From NCBI GenBank assembly GCA_040225955.1, contig JBECUL010000001.1:1-64000 (forward strand): a stretch of 64,000 nt of DNA, in the 5' to 3' direction. Below the pieces are notes generated by a model, which saw only the letters and a list, made by a program, of their open reading frames with translations, did not search any database and was not told the DNA's origin. The first letter of the stretch is position 1; each line of letters opens with the position of its first letter. Below are positions 30,134 to 39,953 of this stretch, piece by piece. The DNA is from Candidatus Asgardarchaeum abyssi (GTDB taxonomy: Archaea > Asgardarchaeota > Asgardarchaeia > Asgardarchaeales > Asgardarchaeaceae). The position numbers were made by a program, and so were the translations under genes.

Positions 30134-30985
30134 TCAGCAATCTATTTCTATAATGGAACCAACACCAACCTCGATATAATCATCACCAAACTCTTGCCTA
30201 AACATGTCTCTTGCCAAATCTCCACTACAGTGACATGGGGCCACCTTTTGAACTCCCAAATCTTTTAATTGCTGAATTATAGATGATATCTCATCCTCAG
30301 ACTTTCCTGCTAAGTGAAAACCTCCAATGACAAGGTATATATCATTTCCTATTAGTTGTTTCGCTTTTTCAGCTATGTTTACAATACCGGGATGCGCACA
30401 ACCAGTAACTATTATGAGCCCTTTTGTGCTATTTATGATAAGAGATTGCTCTTTGATTGCATTGCCCAATTCACCCGTTGTAGCCACACCATTATAGACT
30501 TTTGTTGCATTTGAGACTTCAATAACTTCACATCCATAACTTTTAATTTCATTTTTAAAATCACTGGGAAAGCTTGAAAGAACATACACTGTAACATTAC
30601 TATTCAAGCTTAGTACTCCAAAAAGCCCACCTACATGATCTCCATGAATATGAGAAAGAACGATTATCTGTATGCTCTGGACACTTATATTTAGCATTTC
30701 CATATTGTAAAGGAGGATATCAGGATCTCCGCCTGTGTCAAAAAGTATAAGTGTATTACTTATATTAACAATACAGCTAAAACCCCACGCCGTTTTCAAT
30801 CTACTATCATATGGATTATTATCATAAACTATTATTAGCTTAACATTCTCAGCAACACCTACACTTAGATATTCAATGCTTTCTTGTTTCTCTGCTGGCT
30901 GCATGTAAAACGAGTAGTAAATACAGATTCCGAGGCTAATAACAATAATAATCAATAGAAGGCTTTTTAAATGTCTTATCATCAT
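30134..30985 (-). CDS. Membrane-anchored MBL-fold metallohydrolase
   Basis: LFDTG, SHIHGDHVGG, GCAHPG, GGFH, PCHCSG; N-terminal TM helix. Confidence 0.88.
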   Translation of the reverse strand: MMIRHLKSLLLIIIVISLGICIYYSFYMQPAEKQESIEYLSVGVAENVKLIIVYDNNPYDSRLKTAWGFSCIVNISNTLILFDTGGDPDILLYNMEMLNISVQSIQIIVLSHIHGDHVGGLFGVLSLNSNVTVYVLSSFPSDFKNEIKSYGCEVIEVSNATKVYNGVATTGELGNAIKEQSLIINSTKGLIIVTGCAHPGIVNIAEKAKQLIGNDIYLVIGGFHLAGKSEDEISSIIQQLKDLGVQKVAPCHCSGDLARDMFRQEFGDDYIEVGVGSIIEIDC

Positions 30986-31112
30986 TCCGCCTCGGTTATT
31001 AATTTTAAGTGAACTTACTTTTTAATGTTGCTTTCATATTTAGCAGTAGATATAATTCTAATCTAATAATGATTTATGGCCTATAAAGACATGTACTTAT
31101 AATACCATCAAA

Positions 31113-32438
31113 TTAAAGAAATTGCATTGCGAAGAAGTAAACATATCCAGCGAATACAATTAGGATTCCAAATGGGGTGAAGTACTTGAGAAGGTATATC
31201 CAGATTTTATGAATTTTCTCTTCTTCTAAAGTTTCTACTTTCCAAATCCAGCCAATAAAAATCGTTGTGATTAATCCCATTAGCGGTGGAATTATGGTCC
31301 ATAACCAATCAAAAAGGTCCCATATTACAAATGAAAGTGCTGATGGAACTCCTACTAAGAACTCAAAAACGCCTACTATTAATGCTGCCTTCTTTCTATT
31401 AAACTTAAATTCATCTACCAAATATGCTGTTGCAACTTCAAAGGCTGCTTTCGTGCATTCGAGCGCAGCTATAGCGAATCCTAAGAAAAAGATAACTCCG
31501 AGAAAGTATCCATAGGGCATTTTTGCAAAAATTTGCGGCAAAATTATAAACGCCAGGTTAGGTCCAGAATCTGGATTTAATCCAAAAGCAAATACAGCAG
31601 GAAATATTGCAAGCCCTGCTAGAATGGATGCTAGGTTATCCCCTATAGAGACAGCATAAGTGTTCCATTCAACGTTTTGATCCTTTTTCATATAACTTCC
31701 ATATGTTATTATAAAGCCTATTCCTAAAGCAGTTGTGAAGTAAACTTGTCCCAAAGCTTGCAACCATGTGACCCAATCATATAATGGTTCTAATCTTGGA
31801 TAGAATAGAAATATAACACCTTCGTACGAGTTTGGTAATGTTAGCGCCCTAATAACTCCTGCAATCAAAATTAAAAAGAGTGCAGGCATGAGAATAGAAT
31901 TAACTCTCTCAATTCCTTTACTAACTCCTCTAATTATGAAAAATGTGCAGTATGCAGTGGCTATCGCTAAACCAACTACAGAAAGCCATCCAGGGAACAC
32001 AGAGTTCCAAATTGAGTACAAAAAATCGGAATTAGTTGAGTAGATAATTCCACTTAAGCTTAAACAAAAATATATTACTGTCCACCCAACAACTACGAGA
32101 TACTGAGAGTTAAGAATGGTTCCAAAGATTACTATTAAATCGCCTACTCGTTTCCAATTTCTTGAACGTCCTATCTTGATTGCAATTTCTTCAAAAGCGC
32201 CTGCAGGATTCTTTTTAGTATTTTTTCCAAGTATTGTCTCAGCGATATACGCCGGAATTCCTACCAAAATATAGAAGACTCCATAAATTAATAGAAACGT
32301 TGCACCACCATAAACTCCTAACTTAAATGGAAACCTCCAAAGACTGCCAAGTCCAACAGTAGCGGCCATGAATGCAAAAATAGCACCAATCTTAGTTCTC
32401 CAAAGCTCTCGCTCTTCGCTCATAATGGCACCATCCAA
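31113..32438 (-). CDS. Sodium-dependent transporter, NSS/SNF family
   Basis: VGLGSLWRFP, GGATFL, ITYGSY, GPNLAFIILP. Confidence 0.92.
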   Translation of the reverse strand: MDGAIMSEERELWRTKIGAIFAFMAATVGLGSLWRFPFKLGVYGGATFLLIYGVFYILVGIPAYIAETILGKNTKKNPAGAFEEIAIKIGRSRNWKRVGDLIVIFGTILNSQYLVVVGWTVIYFCLSLSGIIYSTNSDFLYSIWNSVFPGWLSVVGLAIATAYCTFFIIRGVSKGIERVNSILMPALFLILIAGVIRALTLPNSYEGVIFLFYPRLEPLYDWVTWLQALGQVYFTTALGIGFIITYGSYMKKDQNVEWNTYAVSIGDNLASILAGLAIFPAVFAFGLNPDSGPNLAFIILPQIFAKMPYGYFLGVIFFLGFAIAALECTKAAFEVATAYLVDEFKFNRKKAALIVGVFEFLVGVPSALSFVIWDLFDWLWTIIPPLMGLITTIFIGWIWKVETLEEEKIHKIWIYLLKYFTPFGILIVFAGYVYFFAMQFL

Positions 32439-32555
32439 AAAAAGAAGGCACGGATAACTTAAAATTTTTATATAAATTTTGAGTCGTTCTTGGGCCTCAA
32501 TTAAATATTTTTTATTGATTGCTTGTTTTTAATAAGATAAAACGAAAAATGAATA

Positions 32556-33008
32556 TCACACTTCTAACTTTGATTGGTCATTTTTAAATAAGTCAGGTTC
32601 TATTTTTCTTGCAATCTCTTCAAGACGTTGAAGTATTTCTTTTTTAAAGCCTACAAATATGCCCCCCTCTTTAAGTCCAAGGTATCCGCCAACACGTTTT
32701 CCTTTTTCAATAATGTTGAGTCCACTAATTTTTATCTTTGTATACCTATGTTTACCTTTTACGAGCGGTTCTCTTGGAATTACAACAAAGCCATTCTCCT
32801 TTCCAACTATTATAGCTCCGTAACCTTCAGCTCTATTTTCAAATTTTAGCTCATCACTTTCTAAGTCCAAATGAGTTATTCTGGCAAGGGCATATCCCTT
32901 TATGTGAATATATGCGTCAACATCAACCTTCCAGATATGGTTATTATAAAGAGTTACTTCGACTTTAATGGGAACTTTTCCCTTACAAGGCCCTGTCATA
33001 GTGTTCAC
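32556..33008 (-). CDS. Hypothetical protein
   Basis: 150-aa ORF preceded by a GGTGA-like RBS; no known motif. Confidence 0.6.
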   Translation of the reverse strand: MNTMTGPCKGKVPIKVEVTLYNNHIWKVDVDAYIHIKGYALARITHLDLESDELKFENRAEGYGAIIVGKENGFVVIPREPLVKGKHRYTKIKISGLNIIEKGKRVGGYLGLKEGGIFVGFKKEILQRLEEIARKIEPDLFKNDQSKLEV

Positions 33009-33397
33009 CTAGATAATCTAGATAGCCTCCTCTATGATAACAAAGAATTTTTTCGTTAATAAAGTTAATTTAGTGAGAAAAATTTCTTAGATTGTTTAAA
33101 ATTCTCAAATTATTTCTAAAAGCTTGCTTAGATTATCTATGGATTATGTAGCACTATCATAAAATGAGTGGTACATTGGATCAAGCCTAATCACAAATTG
33201 CTCTTTATTTAATACCATTCCAGAATTATCTATTCTTAGATGTTGTTAATTATATCATAAAAATAAAAACTTATAAATACATTTCAACTCTCATGAGATT
33301 ATTGAGAAATAATTTTTAGGAATTAATTAAATTTACTAATTTGATTAGTGATAATTAAAATGCATAATTAAGCTAGCTTATATAAAAAGTATAAATT

Positions 33398-35032
33398 TTG
33401 TGGTATGAGAATATGAAGTTATCAGAAGATATTGATTATAAAATTACCGTTAAACGAATTTGGGTAAAGAACTTCAAAAGCCTTAGGGATTTCAAGTTAG
33501 ATTTAAGAAAAATAAACATAGTTGTAGGAAAAAATGGATCTGGAAAAACGAATCTCATAGAGGTATTCCAATTATTCAAAGAGATTTTAGATTTTTTATT
33601 TGACAAAGAAGTAAATCCTTTTTTAAAGTGGTGGAGCTATGCGAATGTTGTGTGGAATGGTAATGAAAATTTACCAATCACTGTAGGTATTGAGTATGAT
33701 GTAATCATACCAGAGTGCTTTTTCAGGGGACGTAACGATACGAAAAAGCCCACTACCGCCAAATATGAGATTACTGTAACGGGTGTAGGTGGTGAGTTTA
33801 ATATATTAGAGGATAGAATTAGCATTCCTAAAATTATTGATATTAAAAATAATCGTAATTCGATTATTATTCAATTTGATACGAATTTAATTAAAAAAAT
33901 ACTTTCCGAAGAAATTTCCTTTGAAAATGCATATTCATTTTTTATAGGTTCTCTGGTACAAATGATATACGATAAAGTTAAAGATCAAATAAGTTTAGAT
34001 GAGGTTAAAGATCGCTTAAACCAAGAACTCAAGATATTAAAAATGAAATGTTTAAACTACTTAGAAAGACTAAAGGTTCCATTAAAGGTAAAAAACTATC
34101 CTGGTACACTCCTATTAGAAGACGTAGTAGATGAAATAAGAACTAGTGTCGATATGGACAATGCTTTGGAACTGGTACATGATATCATTTCTGAAAAATT
34201 ACACTTTTGCTTAACAAGATTTCTCATAGAAGTGATTGAAGAAATAGCAAAGCAAGAAAAGTTAGAGCTAATAAATATATTTTTTGAACATTTAGGGAAA
34301 ATGAAGAATACCGAAAAATACTATATAATAGATAGGAGTGAGATAATAAAAATCATATTTCCAGAAATCTTATATTTTGCGAATCAAATTTCAGAAGCTT
34401 TAATCGGCGTTTATTTGATAATATCTCGTTCAGTTATCTTAAAGAAAATAGATTTTAAGAGTATTAAAGAGCCTGTGAAACTCAGAAAAGAGCTAGTTTT
34501 ATCCGAGGATGGTTCAAACTTGGTATCCGTTCTTTATAGCTTAGGAAAAGGTAAAACGCCTAAACGCGTTAAAGTAGCTATTGAATATGCCTTTGGAGAA
34601 CAATGCAATGTCCTTATCGAACCAACTTCTGATGGTCGAATATATTTAAAATTTCAAGAAAACGGAAAGGAGTGGAGCCCGCCTTCTATTCCAGATGGAC
34701 TATACAAACTCATAGCATTAGAATTGGCCTTAGAGTATAAAGCACCAATCATTGCAGTTGATGAGATAGAAAATTCATTATATGCCGATATTATACGCTA
34801 TTTCATAGATGAAGTAAGAAATTCATCATCGATAGCTATTTTAACAACACACTCTCCTGCGGTAATGGATTTTTCCGATCCTGAAGATATTGTGATTTTT
34901 AAAAAAGATATAGATAAAGAGACAAAACCGTATCGCCTAAAGAAACCAAAGAAAATTCAAGAAATGCTTAGAGAGGAGGGTATTACACTAAGTGAGTATA
35001 TTTTATATCGGGAAATATCCGATGAGACGTAA
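33398..35032 (+). CDS. ABC-type (AAA_15/AAA_21-like) ATPase of a putative defence pair
   Basis: KNFKSL, GKNGSGKTN, SIPDG signature, VDEIENSL, TTHSP; long helical insert. Confidence 0.85.
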   Translation: MWYENMKLSEDIDYKITVKRIWVKNFKSLRDFKLDLRKINIVVGKNGSGKTNLIEVFQLFKEILDFLFDKEVNPFLKWWSYANVVWNGNENLPITVGIEYDVIIPECFFRGRNDTKKPTTAKYEITVTGVGGEFNILEDRISIPKIIDIKNNRNSIIIQFDTNLIKKILSEEISFENAYSFFIGSLVQMIYDKVKDQISLDEVKDRLNQELKILKMKCLNYLERLKVPLKVKNYPGTLLLEDVVDEIRTSVDMDNALELVHDIISEKLHFCLTRFLIEVIEEIAKQEKLELINIFFEHLGKMKNTEKYYIIDRSEIIKIIFPEILYFANQISEALIGVYLIISRSVILKKIDFKSIKEPVKLRKELVLSEDGSNLVSVLYSLGKGKTPKRVKVAIEYAFGEQCNVLIEPTSDGRIYLKFQENGKEWSPPSIPDGLYKLIALELALEYKAPIIAVDEIENSLYADIIRYFIDEVRNSSSIAILTTHSPAVMDFSDPEDIVIFKKDIDKETKPYRLKKPKKIQEMLREEGITLSEYILYREISDET

Positions 35033-35041
35033 AATGAGGAT

Positions 35042-35560
35042 GTGAACGTCAACATGAATAAGATCGCTATCTTTACTGAAGACACTTATGGTAAACAATT
35101 TATTAGTGAAATTATAAAGAAGTTGAAAGACGAGAGGACCATTCTGAGATCAACAAAAATTTCAATTCATGCCATGCCGAGGAGATGTAGCTCCAAGTTG
35201 AGTAGAGTTTTAAAACTTCAATGTATAATGGGTTGTCGAAAGATAATATTTATTGTAGATGGTGATGGTAAGGATGAACAAAAGGTTAAAGAAAAAGAAC
35301 TTATTCATGGATTAGGGCTGAGGTGTCAATTAACTATTATTGTTAACAAGTATGAAATCGAAGAATGGATTCTATACGCCTATAATAGAAAAATCTCAGA
35401 GCATCCTAAGCCTAGTGTAGAACTTAAAAAGATTTTTCCAAATTATGAAAAAAATCAGCTTCATAAAGTTTTACAAACTGTATTGCAGGATCAGATAAAA
35501 TGGAATCGTCTTAAGCAATATGAAAAATTCAAAGAGTTAGTTCGCGAACTAAGAAATTAA
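35042..35560 (+). CDS. TOPRIM-like protein (DUF4276/RloB-like)
   Basis: FTED, IVDGD and EIEEW acidic motifs; directly downstream of the ABC ATPase. Confidence 0.7.
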   Translation: MNVNMNKIAIFTEDTYGKQFISEIIKKLKDERTILRSTKISIHAMPRRCSSKLSRVLKLQCIMGCRKIIFIVDGDGKDEQKVKEKELIHGLGLRCQLTIIVNKYEIEEWILYAYNRKISEHPKPSVELKKIFPNYEKNQLHKVLQTVLQDQIKWNRLKQYEKFKELVRELRN

Positions 35561-35993
35561 CTATACTTAACTAGGAGAGCAAAATAGATGTTGCTACCAC
35601 ATTGATCAATCACCTAAACTGTAGTTTTCGGTAACATTTTCAAAAATGAATGATTTATCATTTTAATTCTTTAAATGCCAAAGTAGTATGTTATATTACT
35701 CATTTTCAAATATTGTCTAGACTAAGGTAACATATTGAAGGTGGGTGATTTATGAATGATTCGTTAGCGTTTTCCAGCTCTTTTAAGACAAAAACAGTGA
35801 TAATCACTCACTCTCGATGCTAACAGACTAAAAGAAAAACTTAAATATTTAATTTAGGCGCTGTATGACAGTGGTATTCAGCGAAGAGTTATAAGAATTC
35901 ATTCCAATAAAGAGAGAAATTATTAAACTGTGAAAAATCCCCTAAGCTAGTTTTATATTCTTAGTAAGTTTCTTTTTAGAAAGTGGTGATTAC

Positions 35994-37583
35994 ATGGATG
36001 ATGAACTTAGGCAAGAGCTTCTGGATATTTTAAGGGAAGAGCCTCCTTTTAAGAGATTCGTCTCGCGTGGGGACATCCCCGATGAAATTGATGTTGAGGG
36101 ACCACATAAAGATGTTGATGAAGTTGTTACGAAGATAATTCAAAGAACCCTTTATGATAAGCTTCCAAGATTACAACCAATTTTAGGTAGTGCGGGCATT
36201 GGGAAAACTCATTATTACTGGGTTCTTAAAAGACTTGAGGAAGATAATGGGTACTCTTGGAAGACAATATACGTTCCCTCACCACCAGCACCTATTAGGA
36301 TGATGTTACACTTTTATACTTGTTTAATTGATGACTGTGGTGATTGGCTTATTGAAGAGGCCTCTGAAAGCATACTCTCAAAATATTATGAAAAAAGAGG
36401 TATTTTTAGAAAAGAGAGTATCGATGAGGTAATTGCTAAAGCTGTTTCGGATTATCCTGGGCTTATGGCAGATGCAATAAAAGCTCTAATTCTCTATAAA
36501 ATGGACAAGGAGAAAGCAAATTTAGCAAAGCGTTGGCTTTTTGCAGAATGCTTAAATGAAGATGAGCTTGACAGATTAGGTCTTAAAGTAATAATCGAAG
36601 ATGACGATGTATCTTTAGCCACAATGAAAGTTCTGACGGAAAATATTTCTAAGCCTATTGTCTTTTTCGTTGATGAGATTGAGAGTGTTTATAATATCTA
36701 CGGCTCCGAAGGAGAGAAAAGATTTCTTGAGGTCATAAAGAAAATATATAACGAGCTAAAGAATGTTACAATCATTGTTTCTTGTTTAAGTGAAGTTTGG
36801 GAGAGAGTATACCTATCTGCAGATGAAACTGTTCGCAGCAGAACCGAAGACCCGGTTCATTTAAGATCTTTTACGAAGAACGATCTGAGAGAGTTTATAG
36901 AGAAGACAATGTCGACATACTGGGATAAGCAAAATATGGAACCTCCCGAGAACAGAATATTTCCATTTACTGATGAAGATATAGATGAAATTTACACAGC
37001 TTCGCAAGGTAATCCAAGAAAAGCTATAAGATACACCATAAATAAGCTAGTTGAAATTCTATTTGGTAAAAAGAAGAAAGTCCAGGAGGTAAAGAAGACT
37101 GATGAGACAGTGATTAAGTTTACACCTTCTGTGATTGCAGATTCGATTATCAAGGCACTACGACGATTTGGACTAAAAAATGGAATCGACATTGCTCTTC
37201 ATATGATTGAAGGGAAGATAAAAAATAGAAAACAGAAGCTAGCTGCACTTATTTCTGTGGTGAAAGATGGTCAAGAATCCATCTATGCGATAGATATTCC
37301 TAACGTAAAGTCTTGGAACAGAAGTGGGGGTGTAGCCGTCTACTACGCCGCAAAAAGAATGAAGAACATTATAGAATCAGGAATAGCTAAAAAGGGAATA
37401 ATACCAATGCCTAAGGGAACATCGGGCAACAAACTGGCAGTGCTACAGAAAGAACTAGGTGAGAAATTAATACTACTTGAATTTGATGAGAATCGCTTAA
37501 GAAAGCTAATAGAATGTGTAACCAACGATCAGGACTGTGAGGAAATCGATAAGATTGGCGAGGTTATCCTAAAGGATGTATAA
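35994..37583 (+). CDS. P-loop ATPase (BrxD-like/AAA) with uncharacterised C-terminal alpha/beta domain
   Basis: GSAGIGKTH, FFVDEIE, IFPFT, GNPRKAI. Confidence 0.75.
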   Translation: MDDELRQELLDILREEPPFKRFVSRGDIPDEIDVEGPHKDVDEVVTKIIQRTLYDKLPRLQPILGSAGIGKTHYYWVLKRLEEDNGYSWKTIYVPSPPAPIRMMLHFYTCLIDDCGDWLIEEASESILSKYYEKRGIFRKESIDEVIAKAVSDYPGLMADAIKALILYKMDKEKANLAKRWLFAECLNEDELDRLGLKVIIEDDDVSLATMKVLTENISKPIVFFVDEIESVYNIYGSEGEKRFLEVIKKIYNELKNVTIIVSCLSEVWERVYLSADETVRSRTEDPVHLRSFTKNDLREFIEKTMSTYWDKQNMEPPENRIFPFTDEDIDEIYTASQGNPRKAIRYTINKLVEILFGKKKKVQEVKKTDETVIKFTPSVIADSIIKALRRFGLKNGIDIALHMIEGKIKNRKQKLAALISVVKDGQESIYAIDIPNVKSWNRSGGVAVYYAAKRMKNIIESGIAKKGIIPMPKGTSGNKLAVLQKELGEKLILLEFDENRLRKLIECVTNDQDCEEIDKIGEVILKDV

Positions 37584-37704
37584 CTTATACTATCCTAATT
37601 TTTAAAATAAGCTAATCTATGATTAATCTTAATTTTATTTCTTTTTTACGCACATAATTAAACATAGTGAAGATTTGCATAGATAATAATATAAAGGGTT
37701 ATAT

Positions 37705-39114
37705 TTTATCTTTGAGTTAAATTATCCAAGCAGACTAGGTTATCAGGCAACATTTACAAATGTAACTATTGTTCTAGACACGAATAAGGAGTTCCTTGAA
37801 GGTTCTGCTATTGTTGATGGAAAAAATGTGGGCTCCCTTAATGAGTATCTTGACGATGTCATTAAGCTTACAAAGGCAATTTTTGAGTTAACTATAGAGG
37901 GTGATTCGCTTGGCCAGCCATTTACATTTCCAATAATAACTCTTATGCTAACTCCTAATTTCGACTGGAATGGCCATAGGTGGGATGATTTAGTAGATAC
38001 AATTTTCATGTCTTTAGCTTATAGAGGGTCTTCCTACTTGCTTAACGGGTACAACTCTGAAGTGGGATCCTTATATGCTATGTGCTGTAGGTTAACCTTA
38101 GATGTATCAAAAATTGCTTCATTAAAACTACTGAGAGAAGAAATGGAAGATGTTAGTGAGTTACTTAGAAAAAAGAAAAGTGCTAGAGGAATCTGGGCAA
38201 TGCCAGATGCCACAGGTAGCATAGGTGTTGTTACAATAAACCTACCAAGAATCGGAATACTCAATAAGGGAAGCATGGATAAACTTGAGGAGATGCTCTT
38301 CGAGAAGATAGAGCTTGCAAGAAAGATTTTCTTAACATGGAGAGAAAAATATGAAACATCCTTAGAAAATGGTTTAATGCCCATGACAAAAGTCTATCTT
38401 GGTACATTAGCAAGTCATTATAATACTATAGGACTCTTAGGTCTCCCAGAAATGGTTGCTAATTTCATGCAAAATCCCAACTTGTGGTATGATCTTGAAA
38501 GCAAAGAATTGAGAGAAGCAGTTTCTATAATGAAACACATAGTCAGCCTAACTAGGAAGATAATAGAAGAATATGAAGAAAAAGATGGATATTTATATAA
38601 TGTGGAGGAGGTCCCAGCTGAGTCAACATCGTACAGGCTTGCATTACTCGACTATAATAAGTTTAAGGAATTAGTTAGTAAAAATGAAATTTTAATACCC
38701 CAAGAGGGCGAGACTCCTTACTATTCAAATAGTATAATTCCATATTATGCTGACATTTCACTTGGTGAAAGAGTTGAATTTGAGGGAGAAGTGCAGCAAG
38801 AGTTCACTGGTGGAGTTATGATGCATATATTCCTTAATGAGACGCCTGACCCGATTGCTTTAAAAAAGTTAGTTTATAGAATTGCTGTAAATACCAAGGT
38901 TGTGTATTTCAGTATAACGCCTACTATAGCTACATGCAGAAATTGTGGTTGGCATGGAATCGGTATTTATGAGAAATGTCCAAAGTGTGGAAAGTCTGTT
39001 GATCTCTGGAGCAGGATAGTAGGCTACTATAGGCCAATTAAAAATTGGAATATAGGCAAAAAAGCTGAGTTTAAGCAAAGAGTACATTACGGAGGATCAA
39101 AGCTTTTAGCGTGA
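37705..39114 (+). CDS. nrdD: Class III anaerobic ribonucleoside-triphosphate reductase, N-terminally truncated
   Basis: FIFELNYPSR, PFTFPI, AMCCRL, EEVPAES, CRNC/CPKC, SRIVGYY. The frame is open back only to the TAA at 37687. Confidence 0.85.
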   Translation, partial: FIFELNYPSRLGYQATFTNVTIVLDTNKEFLEGSAIVDGKNVGSLNEYLDDVIKLTKAIFELTIEGDSLGQPFTFPIITLMLTPNFDWNGHRWDDLVDTIFMSLAYRGSSYLLNGYNSEVGSLYAMCCRLTLDVSKIASLKLLREEMEDVSELLRKKKSARGIWAMPDATGSIGVVTINLPRIGILNKGSMDKLEEMLFEKIELARKIFLTWREKYETSLENGLMPMTKVYLGTLASHYNTIGLLGLPEMVANFMQNPNLWYDLESKELREAVSIMKHIVSLTRKIIEEYEEKDGYLYNVEEVPAESTSYRLALLDYNKFKELVSKNEILIPQEGETPYYSNSIIPYYADISLGERVEFEGEVQQEFTGGVMMHIFLNETPDPIALKKLVYRIAVNTKVVYFSITPTIATCRNCGWHGIGIYEKCPKCGKSVDLWSRIVGYYRPIKNWNIGKKAEFKQRVHYGGSKLLA

Positions 39115-39121
39115 TGGGTCC

Positions 39122-39921
39122 ATGAGGAAATCTTTAGTGCTTCATATAGCGGGATGGATAGAAACATCACTTATTGATGTAATTGGAGATGTTTCGTTTG
39201 TAATTTGGTTCAACTATTGTAATTTTAGATGTCCCTGGTGTCAAAATGCACATGTGGTGCATGCCAAGGTTACAAGAAGAGTTACAATTGATGAAATATT
39301 AGATGCCATAGGGCGAGTTGCAAATATTATAGGCTATGTTCATGTGACTGGAGGAGAACCCACATTACAAGCTGAGGGTTTAAAGGGACTTCTTAAGAGA
39401 TGCAAAGATGAAATTGGGGTAAAAACCAGCATATCAACAAATGGAAGTAGGCCCATAGTGGTGAAAGATCTAATTGAAAATAAGCTTTTAGATCATATAG
39501 CAATCGACATAAAAGCACCACTTAGGGACGAAAGGAAATACAAGCAACTTACTGGTTGTCAAAAAATTACTGACTTCAAAAATGTTCTAAACTCCATAAG
39601 GGATACAATAGAACTTTCTCTTAGAAGAATAGAGTTTGTAGAGCTAAGAACCACTATCATCCCTGAAATGTTAAAGAGGGTTGATGTTCTTGATATCATC
39701 AAAGATGTAAAAGATTTAGTTTCTTATATAAGTTCAATAATAGAGTGGCTTATGTTTTACAACAATTTATGCCTAGCGATACTATGATAAATAGGGCTTT
39801 TAGAGAACTTCCAAAGACCGATTTAAAACTACTGTATGATTTAGCACATGTTGCAAAAAACAAAATTAAAGATATTGAAATTTATATTAGGGCTCAAGAG
39901 ATTGGAATTCTTAAAATTTAG
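39122..39921 (+). CDS. nrdG: Anaerobic RNR activating radical SAM enzyme, with a frameshift near 39730
   Basis: CNFRCPWCQN, TGGEPT, STNGS, ELRTT; the C-terminus YVLQQFMP...IYIR continues in another frame to TAG at 39921. Confidence 0.88.
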
Positions 39922-39953
39922 AGTCCTATTTAAACTTAAAGGAGTTTTTAAGG

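Noticed and set aside
33105-33245. Possible HAD-hydrolase C-terminal remnant on the minus strand (...IDNLSKLLEII*)
   Set aside because: Similarity is limited to a few residues and interrupted by a stop.
35752-35823. Short ORF MNDSLAFSSSFKTKTVIITHSRC with a good RBS, resembling an ABC ATPase H-loop
   Set aside because: Too short to distinguish a remnant from chance.
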